DNA of 64,000 bases from a virus: positions 32,001 to 96,000 of the IMG/VR virus record IMGVR_UViG_3300034063_000636. One strand, 5' to 3'. The position numbers were made by a program, and so were the translations under genes. The notes under the pieces are model-generated. The model had not been told where the DNA came from. It made no database searches and saw nothing but the letters and a program-made list of their open reading frames with translations. Positions 28,716 to 38,400 of this stretch are shown piece by piece (the stretch's first letter is position 1; every line of letters starts with the position of its first letter).

Positions 28716-28940
28716 ATGTTAGTTAAGATAAAAGACAATGATGATCTTGCAAGAGATGTGAAGTCAAGAGCAATCTTGAATGTTAATAAAAACGTTTTGC
28801 TTAAAGATCAGATGTATCAAGAGAAACTAAAGAAACAACAAGAGGTAGAGTCCTCAATAAATACTCTCAGAGAAGAAGTATCTTCGATTAAAGGCGACAT
28901 TTCTAAGATTCTAGAAATGTTGAGTTCCAGAGGTAAATAA
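28716..28940 (+). CDS. small coiled-coil virion-associated protein
   Basis: VKIKD..DL.RD..S.AILN followed by a coiled coil; this type of gene usually follows VrlC-like genes in T4-like phages. Confidence 0.65.
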   Translation: MLVKIKDNDDLARDVKSRAILNVNKNVLLKDQMYQEKLKKQQEVESSINTLREEVSSIKGDISKILEMLSSRGK

Positions 28941-29983
28941 TGGCGAACACAAATATTTCACATGTCCAATTAGTGAACACCTTTAATGAGTGGCGTGCAG
29001 CAACTAATGACTTAATTGAAGATAGAAATATTCTTCGAAATGCTCATTATGTCAAAGATAATTCTTCTTTTGACATTGCAAACGGAACCATGACGATCAG
29101 CCGTTCAAGCAACGGCACAGTTCTAACAGTCGCAAACTCTGGTAACGTTGCTGTCGGTGGTTGGGTCAATGCAAATACTCTTGCAACAAACTCAGAACTC
29201 TGGTTTGGATTAAGAACTAGCGACATTGCTTCTGTCATTAAGATGACACAAGAGCCAGCAAATACTGTAGAGGCTGGAAACGCAACTTGGTATACTGCAA
29301 ATCAGAAATCAAATAATCCATATTACGGATTCACCTTCCACTCCAATGGCACAATGGTCATTGCGAATGAAGAGGAGAATGCAACTCAAGTGGTTGTCAT
29401 CGGTGACTCTGCTTACAATGTTTCTCCGACCAAAAATGGTACGATTTTTGGTGTCAGTACAATCGTTGGAACATCAGCACCAACAACAGGATATGAATCT
29501 GGTTGGCAACCCGTTCTAGACCTTCGAAGCAATTCTCTATTCATCATGCCAGTTGCTTCTGCAAATGCAGGCAATTGTTTGTATTACAACGTAACAACTG
29601 GCGAAATCACATACTCAACTGCGCCAAGCGGTAATGTTCTTGCTGGTGATCCAATTCTAATCAACACTGCAGTTGATTCTGCAAACACTGTAAGACTAAA
29701 TGTGTCAAACTGGTTCAAGTATACATTGACAGGATCATCTGGCAATCGTAATTTGACATTCACAAATCCTCCTGCTTCTGGCAATGCATATACGTTCACA
29801 ATGATTGTGATTCAAGATGGAACAGGCGGTAAAACTCCAAATTGGACAAATACAGTGTATTGGGCTGGTGGACAAATTCCTCCGCCAACAACTGACGCAA
29901 GCGCACAGGATATCTGGACATTTACCACATATGATGGTGGAACAACATATATTGGCACACTTGCTGTTAAAGACGCGAGATAA
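28940..29983 (+). CDS. short tail fibre / adhesin-carrier protein
   Basis: N-terminal NTFNEWRAATN fibre anchor; C-terminal LTFTNPPASG..QDGTGG..W..VYWAGG..DIWTF.TYDGG domain, similar to the C-terminus of 47971..49983. Confidence 0.7.
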   Translation: MANTNISHVQLVNTFNEWRAATNDLIEDRNILRNAHYVKDNSSFDIANGTMTISRSSNGTVLTVANSGNVAVGGWVNANTLATNSELWFGLRTSDIASVIKMTQEPANTVEAGNATWYTANQKSNNPYYGFTFHSNGTMVIANEEENATQVVVIGDSAYNVSPTKNGTIFGVSTIVGTSAPTTGYESGWQPVLDLRSNSLFIMPVASANAGNCLYYNVTTGEITYSTAPSGNVLAGDPILINTAVDSANTVRLNVSNWFKYTLTGSSGNRNLTFTNPPASGNAYTFTMIVIQDGTGGKTPNWTNTVYWAGGQIPPPTTDASAQDIWTFTTYDGGTTYIGTLAVKDAR

Positions 29984-29985
29984 TC

Positions 29986-31935
29986 ATGCCGAATAGTTTT
30001 GGCTTAAACAAAACTTGGATTCCTGGTCCTTCCAGAGGAACAACGACATTCAATACTACTGGCAATATTAATATTGCTTATGGTAGAAATAAAACCACAG
30101 TTTCAGGTCGTGGTGGTTCTGGTTCAGGTGCTTCATACAACACTGTTCCAGGAACAACTAATCCCACTACATTTCCATACACACCAGCATCGTATAATAC
30201 GGTTCCTGGAAATTTAAATCCAACAACTTATCCGTTTACTCCAGCATCATATAATACAGTGCCTGGAACGACAAATCCTACAACGTTTCCCTTTGTTCCT
30301 GCTAGTTATAATACTGTGCCTGGAAATACAAATCCACCAAACTATCCTTACACACCAGATAGTTACAACACTGTTCCTGGAACAACCAATCCAACAGTGT
30401 ATCCATATACTCCAGAAAGTTATAACACTGTTCCAGGAAATAGTAATCCGCCAAATTATCCATTTACTCCTGAATCATACAATACAGTGCCAGGAAACTT
30501 AAATCCAACCAATTATCCATACACACCAGCTTCGTACAATACAGTTCCTGGAAACACTAATCCAACTAACTACCCATTCGTTCCTGCATCATATAATACT
30601 GTTCCTGGTAATTTGAATCCAACAGTGTATCCATATACACCAGAGAGTTACAACACTGTTCCTGGAAATACAAATCCAACAAACTATCCATATACACCAG
30701 CTTCCTATAATACTGTTCCTGGAAATACTAATCCAACTAACTATCCATATACCCCAGAAAGTTATAACACAGTTCCTGGAAATACAAATCCAACGAATTA
30801 TCCGTACACTCCAGAGAGTTATAACACTGTAACAAACTATCCATATACTCCAGGCTCATATAACGCACCAACAGGTGTTAGTTGGAATTTGACTGCAATC
30901 GGACCAAGTTACGGTGGTGTTGCAACAATAATTGGTGACGGATTTGATACAAATTGCCCATCACCATATAGCACACCAACTCCGTTTGGTCCAGACGAAT
31001 TCACATATGAATGTTTCCCAGCTGGAAATACTGAAAATCCTGCGAGTTATAACACAGTTACCAATTATCCATATACACCTGCGTCGTATAATACAGTTCC
31101 AGGAAATGTAAATCCAACCAATTATCCGTTTACCCCTGCATCGTACAATACAGTCCCAGGAAATTTAAATCCAACGAACTATCCTTATGTTCCTGCAAGT
31201 TATAACACTGTTCCTGGCAATTTAAATCCAACCAATTATCCATACACACCAGCATCGTATAATACAGTTCCTGGAAACTTAAATCCAACGAACTATCCTT
31301 ATGTTCCTGCAAGTTATAACACTGTTCCAGGAAATGTAAATCCGACAGTGTATCCATATACTCCAGAAAGTTATAATACAGTTCCTGGTAACTTGAATCC
31401 GACTAATTATCCGTTTACTCCTGCATCGTATAATACGGTTCCTGGTAACAGCAATCCACCAACTTATCCATACACACCAGCGTCTTACAATACTGTTCCT
31501 GGGACAACAAATCCAACCAATTATCCGTATACACCAGCATCGTATAACACAGTATCAGGAAACTTAAATCCAACCAATTATCCATTCGTTCCTGCAAGTT
31601 ATAACACGGTTCCAGGAACGACAAATCCACCGTCGTATCCATTCGTGCCTGCAAGTTATAATACTGTGCCAGGAACAACAAATCCAACAGTGTATCCATT
31701 CGTCCCTGCAAGTTATAATACTGTGCCAGGAACAACAAATCCAACAGTGTATCCATTTACTCCAGGAGTTCCTGGAACACCAACAACTGTTCTTGGTGTA
31801 TACTTCCCAGGCGGTGTTGCTGGCGTTGCTCCATATGTTCCAGAAACTGTAGTGAATTATTGGGACTATCCAGATAATGCGACCTATCCAGTCACTGTTC
31901 CAACAGGTGCATACATAGTAGTGAAGATTGAATAA
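29986..31935 (+). CDS. Pro/Thr/Tyr/Asn repeat adhesin with symmetric 19-aa repeats around a 2-Cys central domain
   Basis: 649 aa = 49-aa N-term + 12x19 + 13 + 63-aa centre + 13 + 12x19 + 55-aa C-term. Confidence 0.8.
   Translation: MPNSFGLNKTWIPGPSRGTTTFNTTGNINIAYGRNKTTVSGRGGSGSGASYNTVPGTTNPTTFPYTPASYNTVPGNLNPTTYPFTPASYNTVPGTTNPTTFPFVPASYNTVPGNTNPPNYPYTPDSYNTVPGTTNPTVYPYTPESYNTVPGNSNPPNYPFTPESYNTVPGNLNPTNYPYTPASYNTVPGNTNPTNYPFVPASYNTVPGNLNPTVYPYTPESYNTVPGNTNPTNYPYTPASYNTVPGNTNPTNYPYTPESYNTVPGNTNPTNYPYTPESYNTVTNYPYTPGSYNAPTGVSWNLTAIGPSYGGVATIIGDGFDTNCPSPYSTPTPFGPDEFTYECFPAGNTENPASYNTVTNYPYTPASYNTVPGNVNPTNYPFTPASYNTVPGNLNPTNYPYVPASYNTVPGNLNPTNYPYTPASYNTVPGNLNPTNYPYVPASYNTVPGNVNPTVYPYTPESYNTVPGNLNPTNYPFTPASYNTVPGNSNPPTYPYTPASYNTVPGTTNPTNYPYTPASYNTVSGNLNPTNYPFVPASYNTVPGTTNPPSYPFVPASYNTVPGTTNPTVYPFVPASYNTVPGTTNPTVYPFTPGVPGTPTTVLGVYFPGGVAGVAPYVPETVVNYWDYPDNATYPVTVPTGAYIVVKIE
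30133..31767 (+). repeat. coding 57-nt tandem repeat (SYNTVPGxxNPxxYPYTPA): 24 full and 2 truncated units in two arms
   Basis: Counted from the translation; synonymous positions vary among units. Confidence 0.95.
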
Positions 31936-31937
31936 AC

Positions 31938-31966
31938 TTGAAATTTTTTATAGATTGTAGTATAAT
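31938..31966 (+). promoter_or_regulatory. sigma70-type promoter for the oxygenase/glycosyltransferase operon
   Basis: TTGAAA-N17-TATAAT; SD GGAG at 31979-31982 before the ATG at 31990. Confidence 0.75.
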
Positions 31967-31989
31967 GATTTAAATCTTGGAGTTATATT

Positions 31990-32580
31990 ATGCCATCATT
32001 CACAAAGTACATAAAACCACTTCCTCAGTTTTGTATTGTTGATAATTATTTCACTGAAGAAGAAGTCGATAAAATTATTGATCTTGAAGAATTGCAAGAA
32101 TTCAGTGAGGGTAAGATGGGAACTGGTCCATCAACAACCACTAATAAACAATATCGCGACAGTGACATTTCTTGGTTGAAATGGAGCCCAGATTCTAGAT
32201 GGATATTTGATAAATTTGGTTCATTGATGGGTCAAGTAAACCACTCTCACTTCATGTATGATATTGATGGTTTTGATGCGTTTCAATACACCAAGTATAA
32301 ACCAAAGCAACATTATAATTGGCACTTTGATGCCTTCACAGAATTTCATGGCTTCGAACGAAAGATTAGTGCAGTGGTAATTTTATCAGACCCCAAAAAA
32401 TATTCTGGTGGAGAATTTCAAATTGTTGCGGATGGAAATATAGAAAAACCGCACTCAATAAAACCACCAAAAGGTTCTGTAATATTCTTTGCTTCTTGGA
32501 TGCCGCATAGAGTTGCGCCAGTTAAATCTGGAGTTCGTAAATCTTTGGTTGCTTGGATTATGGGTAAAAGAGTATGCTAA
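31990..32580 (+). CDS. 2OG-Fe(II) oxygenase, prolyl 4-hydroxylase/PKHD-like
   Basis: YNWHFD (HxD)..RKIS..YSGGEF..G.VIFF.S..PHRV.PV..G.RKSLVAW. Confidence 0.9.
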   Translation: MPSFTKYIKPLPQFCIVDNYFTEEEVDKIIDLEELQEFSEGKMGTGPSTTTNKQYRDSDISWLKWSPDSRWIFDKFGSLMGQVNHSHFMYDIDGFDAFQYTKYKPKQHYNWHFDAFTEFHGFERKISAVVILSDPKKYSGGEFQIVADGNIEKPHSIKPPKGSVIFFASWMPHRVAPVKSGVRKSLVAWIMGKRVC

Positions 32581-33302
32581 ACAAATTGATTCGTGTTTTT
32601 AAAAATGATGTGATTGAATTTTACTGTCACCCAAAGTTTGAGAATGTCATTCCTGAACCAAAGCCAGCAATCAAATATTTGCCTGAGTGGTTTAGAATTA
32701 TTCCTCCAGTTTCAAAGACTCGGAGAGATGAATACAATGACTTTGCGATGAATGCTAAAAAGTGTTTCCCAATGATTGATGCAATGTCTTTGGGATATAC
32801 AATACCATTGTGTGGTGATATTCATGTCATGGTCAATAACGATATGACAGAAATGAAGTATACAAGCCCACCAGAAATGAAATTGGCAGATAGCCATAAC
32901 GTTGAACAAATTGGTGGAGAGTCAGCCCCAGGATTTCCAATCAATCCGATCAAGTTTATCAATTATTGGATTATTAAGACTGCTCCAGGCTGGTCGACAT
33001 TGTTTATTCCTCCAATTAATCATGTTGGAACTCCATTTACTTGTTTGGGTGGATTAGTTGACACTGATAGATATCCAAAGGAAGTTAATTTTCCAGCAAT
33101 TTGGAATCAGCCTGGTTTTGATGGATTAATTCGTGCAGGAACTCCTCTGGTGACTGCAATCCCAATTAAGAGAAATTCATTTCCGAAAAAACCAAAAGTC
33201 AGAAAAATTAAAGATAAAGAATTTAATGAGATTGAATTGATTCGAAAGAAACAAGTGACCAGAAAAAATGTATACACAAATGAATTGAGAGATGAACGAT
33301 GA
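32574..33302 (+). CDS. hypothetical protein, DUF6065-like (possible dUTPase-like fold)
   Basis: P.PA..LPEWF..KKC.P.IDAMS.GY.IP..W.IKT.PG.S.LF..P.N..G.VDTD..NFP..I.AGTPL...IP.KR. Confidence 0.6.
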   Translation: MLNKLIRVFKNDVIEFYCHPKFENVIPEPKPAIKYLPEWFRIIPPVSKTRRDEYNDFAMNAKKCFPMIDAMSLGYTIPLCGDIHVMVNNDMTEMKYTSPPEMKLADSHNVEQIGGESAPGFPINPIKFINYWIIKTAPGWSTLFIPPINHVGTPFTCLGGLVDTDRYPKEVNFPAIWNQPGFDGLIRAGTPLVTAIPIKRNSFPKKPKVRKIKDKEFNEIELIRKKQVTRKNVYTNELRDER

Positions 33303-34117
33303 AATTTTTTGATTTTTTTAAACCTAAAGAAACATTTAATGATTCGATTGACGATGAGATTAAGGAAATCTCAAACACTTCTGTTGTTCAATCGACTATT
33401 GGTAGAAACAAGTTAGAATTTATCGATTCATCAGAACTCGTATTTGCTAGTTTACCAATTCAATTAGCAAAAGATGTTCCTGTAAACTCGCAAGCACATG
33501 TAGAAAAGCTCGGAAATAAGTTCACATTTCCAGTCTGCCCTGGCATGTTTGACTATTCGCGACTTGGCTACATTGTTCCAGCCTGGTCAGACTATCATTT
33601 TAAGATAAATAAAGCTGGATGTGCTGCATTAGTTGGTGGGGGACAAAAAGCATCTCCATTTAAGCCTCCAGTTCCGATGGCAACTGATGTTGTCGATGGT
33701 CTTTTTAAATTAAGCGACGGAATTCCACTTAAAACATATAATATCAATTCTCCTTGGAAAATATTTTCTTACGACAAAGATATATCAGCATTACTTCTTC
33801 CTGCTTGGTATCATGCAGACGTAGAGTTTTTAGATAATTTTTATGTTTATCCTGGAGTTGTTGATTATAATACATTTCATACTATGAATGTCATTCTTTC
33901 TCCAAAAAGAAAGTGTGAGTATACGATTAAAGCGGGAGATCCTTTATTACACGTCATTCCGTTTTATAATAAACAAATTGAATGTGGTTATGGACCACCA
34001 AACATAGAACAAAAAAGCATATTATCATACGATCCTAAAATCCACGAAACGCAATTTTATCGAAAGAATCATATGATTAAAAAGAGTTTCGCACTAGAAG
34101 AAAGCAATAAAGAATGA
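33299..34117 (+). CDS. hypothetical protein, distant paralog of 32574..33302
   Basis: CPGMFDY..GYIVPAW..SPW..PGVVD..IKAGDPL.HVIPF shares the pattern of the upstream gene. Confidence 0.6.
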   Translation: MKFFDFFKPKETFNDSIDDEIKEISNTSVVQSTIGRNKLEFIDSSELVFASLPIQLAKDVPVNSQAHVEKLGNKFTFPVCPGMFDYSRLGYIVPAWSDYHFKINKAGCAALVGGGQKASPFKPPVPMATDVVDGLFKLSDGIPLKTYNINSPWKIFSYDKDISALLLPAWYHADVEFLDNFYVYPGVVDYNTFHTMNVILSPKRKCEYTIKAGDPLLHVIPFYNKQIECGYGPPNIEQKSILSYDPKIHETQFYRKNHMIKKSFALEESNKE

Positions 34118-35061
34118 AGATATTTGTAAGCATATGCTCATACAGAGACCCTCTGTTAGTATACACTCTAAAAGCATTAATGCAGACCAAGTCTGCAATT
34201 ACAGAAGTTGTGTACGGCATATTTGAACAAAATGAAAAAGAAAATAGTTTAGAAACTCTATTTCCAGATCTAGTCGCCAGAAGCGATGTAAAATATAAAC
34301 GAATCGATCCACAATACTCGGAAGGTGTTGGTTGGGCTCGAAATATTAATGCTCTCCAGTTAACTGACGAGGATTTTTATTATCAGATCGACTCTCACAT
34401 GGTTTTCGATAAGAATTGGGATCGCGATTTAATTAACGATTATAAAGAAGGCTGTAGAGCGATCGAGTCAAACAGAGTCATTATCAGTTCGAACTGTAAA
34501 AATTTCGAGATGGTCGATGGTAATGTCGTTTTAGAGCATGGCATGGACTATACATGCAGAGCAAGATTCTATCAGTTTAATCCAAATCTTTGGCTTTTTG
34601 CTCACGGCGAACATATTCCTCCAACTGAAACCGTGATGCCAGCGATACACATCTTTGCTGGAAATATGTTTACACACTCTGATTGGGTTCGAAATGTCGG
34701 AATCAATCCTAGAATATTCTTTCATGGAGAGGAGCAAGCGATAACTCTCTCATCGTTTGCTGCAGGATATCGATTTTTCCACGGAAAGAGGATGTCGTGC
34801 TATCACTATAAAGGATCTAATGAACATACATCAAAGCAGGACTTTAAACCTGTTGTTCCTTTAGAGATCATTGAAGAGAGAAAACGTAGATCAGAAATTG
34901 AATTTAGAGCATTTTTAGACTCTCTCGAGGACGATTTACTCGAGGAATACCGAGTCTACTCTGGCGTGAATTATATAAATAAGAAAATAGAAGAACGTGC
35001 CATAACCCGAGTGATTAAACCAAGCATCGATATTGACTGGGAAGTAGGCGATTCTGAATAA
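34114..35061 (+). CDS. GlcNAc-transferase-like glycosyltransferase (GT60/Gnt1-like, GT-A fold)
   Basis: IFVSICSYRDP..G(V)GWAR..E.FYYQIDSHM.F..WD (DxH motif)..FFHGEE..S..AG..YHY. Confidence 0.8.
   Translation: MKIFVSICSYRDPLLVYTLKALMQTKSAITEVVYGIFEQNEKENSLETLFPDLVARSDVKYKRIDPQYSEGVGWARNINALQLTDEDFYYQIDSHMVFDKNWDRDLINDYKEGCRAIESNRVIISSNCKNFEMVDGNVVLEHGMDYTCRARFYQFNPNLWLFAHGEHIPPTETVMPAIHIFAGNMFTHSDWVRNVGINPRIFFHGEEQAITLSSFAAGYRFFHGKRMSCYHYKGSNEHTSKQDFKPVVPLEIIEERKRRSEIEFRAFLDSLEDDLLEEYRVYSGVNYINKKIEERAITRVIKPSIDIDWEVGDSE
34974..34981 (+). promoter_or_regulatory. late promoter TATAAATA inside the glycosyltransferase 3' end, upstream of the long-fibre operon
   Basis: Perfect consensus about 105 nt before the ATG at 35087. 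Confidence 0.6.
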
Positions 35062-35086
35062 AAAACATAGTTCATAGAGAATTTTC

Positions 35087-35419
35087 ATGCCATACGCAGA
35101 GTTAACGGTTGATCAGGGCACAACTTTCGAAACTTCTATAGATTTAGTTGGCGATGATGGCGCTGCGATCAATATCGCAGGGTGCGTTTTCTTGGGTCAA
35201 GTTCGCAAATCTTATTATTCTTCCAATGTAACTGCAAATCTGACAATTACCACTTTAAGTAATACAGGTGGAAATCTAATCATGTCTTTAAATTCAGCAG
35301 TCACTGCAAACATTAGAGCAGGTCGTTATCTTTATGACGTAAAGATGACTGATACAGATAACATAACAACTCGAGTCGTAGAAGGTATTCTAACTGTGAC
35401 ACCACAGGTGTCCAGATAA
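35087..35419 (+). CDS. small Ig-like fibre attachment protein
   Basis: ELTVDQGTTF..QVRKSY..LIMSL...TANI.AGRYLYDV..TRVVEG.LTV.PQV; immediately precedes the giant fibre. Confidence 0.7.
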   Translation: MPYAELTVDQGTTFETSIDLVGDDGAAINIAGCVFLGQVRKSYYSSNVTANLTITTLSNTGGNLIMSLNSAVTANIRAGRYLYDVKMTDTDNITTRVVEGILTVTPQVSR

Positions 35420-38400
35420 TGAAGATAACGATTACGAATAATAATCAGATCGGTAAGGTTACTTTCGGCAAAGTGACGAGAGTCGGCGATCTATATGCAA
35501 ACGATATTCTAGATCTTATAAACACAGTCGTTTATAGATCAGGCTCAACGATGACAGGCAACTTAAATGTTGCTGCGACAATTATTACGCAAAACGTAAT
35601 TCCGTCTGTCAATAATACATACAATCTTGGTAGTCCAACTTATCGATACAAAGATGCATACTTTGGTGGTAACACTGTATACATCGGCGACTCTATACTA
35701 TCAGCACAAGCAAACAGTCTTTTAACAAATACATTTATTGCTACAACATCATTTGTTAGTGGTGGCTTAAACGTTCTAGACCAAGCAAATGCTGCATATG
35801 CTGAAGCCAACTTAAAACTCGGTCTTGGTGGCGGTACAATTACAGGAAGTCTTACTGTAACTGGAAACCTCGAAGTTCTCGGTAATACAACAACACTTAA
35901 TGTTGAAACATTGTCACTCGAAGACAATGAAATTATTCTCAATTCAAATGTAACTGGTCCACCATTACTTGACTCGTTCATAACGATCAATCGTGGATCA
36001 ATGACAAATGCTGTTCTTAAGTGGGATGAAAGCACTGATCAATGGAAGTGGTCGGATGGCAATGGCGTATATTATGCACTAGATTCTTCTTTGGGCGCAT
36101 ATGCTCAAGCCAACGGAGCGTATGCACAAGCCAATGGTGCCTATGCTCAAGCAAACGGAGCCTATTCTCAAGCCAATGGTGCATTTGCGCAAGCAAACGG
36201 AGCATATGCTCAGGCTAACGGTGCTTACGCCCAAGCAAACGGAGCGTATGCGCAAGCAAATGCAGCAAGCGATAATGCAAACACGAGAGTTCTAAAAGCT
36301 GGCGATACAATGACTGGTCAGCTGAACATCAGTTCAGGCGGTCTTGTTGTCACTGGCAATATTGTTACAACTGGTGCAAGTGGCGACATAACTGGCGTCA
36401 ATACCATTTATGCTGGAACATTCTCAACAACAGCTGGATTAAATGTTACTGCTCAAGCAGCAAATGCTTACGAGCAAGCCAATAATGCTAGAACAACAGC
36501 AAATGGTGCATACTTACAAGCCAACGGCGCTTATGCACAGGCTAATGGGGCTTACGCTCAGGCAAATGGCGCATACGCTCAGGCAAATGGTGCTTATGCG
36601 CAAGCCAATGGTGCCTATGCACAAGCGAATGGTGTTTATGCTCACGCTAATGGAATTTATGATGTTGCAAACGCTGCATATGCTCAAGCCAATGCAGACT
36701 ATCAACCTGCTGTAACAAGATTTGATGTGACCTCTAGCGGAACATCAGCATACAGATTCGATCAATATGGCTCAATCGTTGACGATCCAACACTTTATGT
36801 TCGTGCTGGTGAAACTCTTGCATTCAATTTGAATGTAGTTGGGCATCCATTCATGATCCGCCAATCAAATGGTGGAGCAAATTATAATACTGGATTGACT
36901 CACGTTGAAACTACAGGTGTAATTTCTACAGGGGCGAGTGCACAAGGTAAAACAACAGGTGTTCTTTATTGGAAAGTTCCATTTGAACTTCAAGGCAACA
37001 CTTACGTTTATCAATGTCAAGTGCATTCTGCGATGGTTGGCAATATTGTTATTGAGCCACCATCAACGATCATTTATGCTCAAGCGAATGTTGCATTTGA
37101 TACTGCCAATGGTGCGTACTCACAAGCAAATGGTGCATATAGCCAAGCCAATGGCGCTTATGCACAAGCCAACGGTGCGTATGCGCAGGCAAATGGTGCC
37201 TATGCTCAAGCCAACTCAGCATATGCTCATGCAAACATAGTTTACGCTCAAGCCAACGCAAGTTTTGATCAAGCGAATACTGCTAGAACAACAGCAAATG
37301 ATGCATATGAGCAAGCAAACACTGCAAGAAGCACAGCCAACGATTCATATGCTCAAGCGAATACGGCACGTGATACTGGCAACAACGCATATGCTCAAGC
37401 AAACACCGCTCGCGATACAGCAAATGATTCTTACGCTCAAGCAAACACCGCTAGAGACACTGGTAACAATGCTTATCTGCAAGCCAATACTGCTAGAGAC
37501 ACTGGCAACAACGCATATGCTCAGGCGAATACCGCTAGAGATACTGGTAACGATGCATATAGTCAAGCGAACACTGCTCGCAATACTGCTAATGATGCAT
37601 ACTTACAAGCCAATAATGCATACGCTGAAGCCAATATAAAACTTAACATCTCTGGTGGATCGATCACTGGTGATTTGATCGTTTCTGGAAATCTAGAAGT
37701 TCTAGGAAACAGCACAACATTAAATGTTGAAACTCTTGCAATTGAAGACAATGAGATTATTCTCAACTCAAATGTAACTGGATCACCAACACTTGATGGC
37801 TTTATTACAATCAATCGTGGCAGCAACACAAATGCTTCGATTAAGTGGGATGAAAATACGAATCAGTGGAAGTGGACGGATGGTGATACATTCTTCTATG
37901 CATTTGACTCTGCTTTAGATGCTTATGCTCAAGCAAATACTGCACGTGATCAAGCCAATACCGCTAGAGAAACTGGCAATGATGCCTATGGTCAAGCCAA
38001 CACTGCAAGAACAACAGCAAACGACGCTTACCTTCAAGCCAATACTGCTCGCGACCAGGCAAATACGGCACGTGATACTGGCAACAATGCTTACGCTCAA
38101 GCGAATACAGCTCTTGATACCGCTAATGGTGCATACGCTCAAGCAAATGGCGCCTATGCTCAAGCCAACGGAGCGTATGCACAAGCAAATCTAGCATTTG
38201 GTCAAGCCAATGGTGCATACGCTCAAGCAAATGGTGCTTATGCGCATGCTAATATTGTTTACGCTCAAGCAAATGCTGCATTCAATCAGGCAAATACTGG
38301 AAATGACTCTGCAAATGCAGCCTATGCACAAGCAAATACTGCACGCGATACTGGCAACAATGCATATGGACAAGCGAACACAGCTCGCACAACTGCCAAT

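Noticed and set aside
30133-31767. CRISPR array or non-coding tandem repeat
   Set aside because: Units are in-frame 57-nt coding repeats with synonymous variation and no unique spacers; no cas genes in the window
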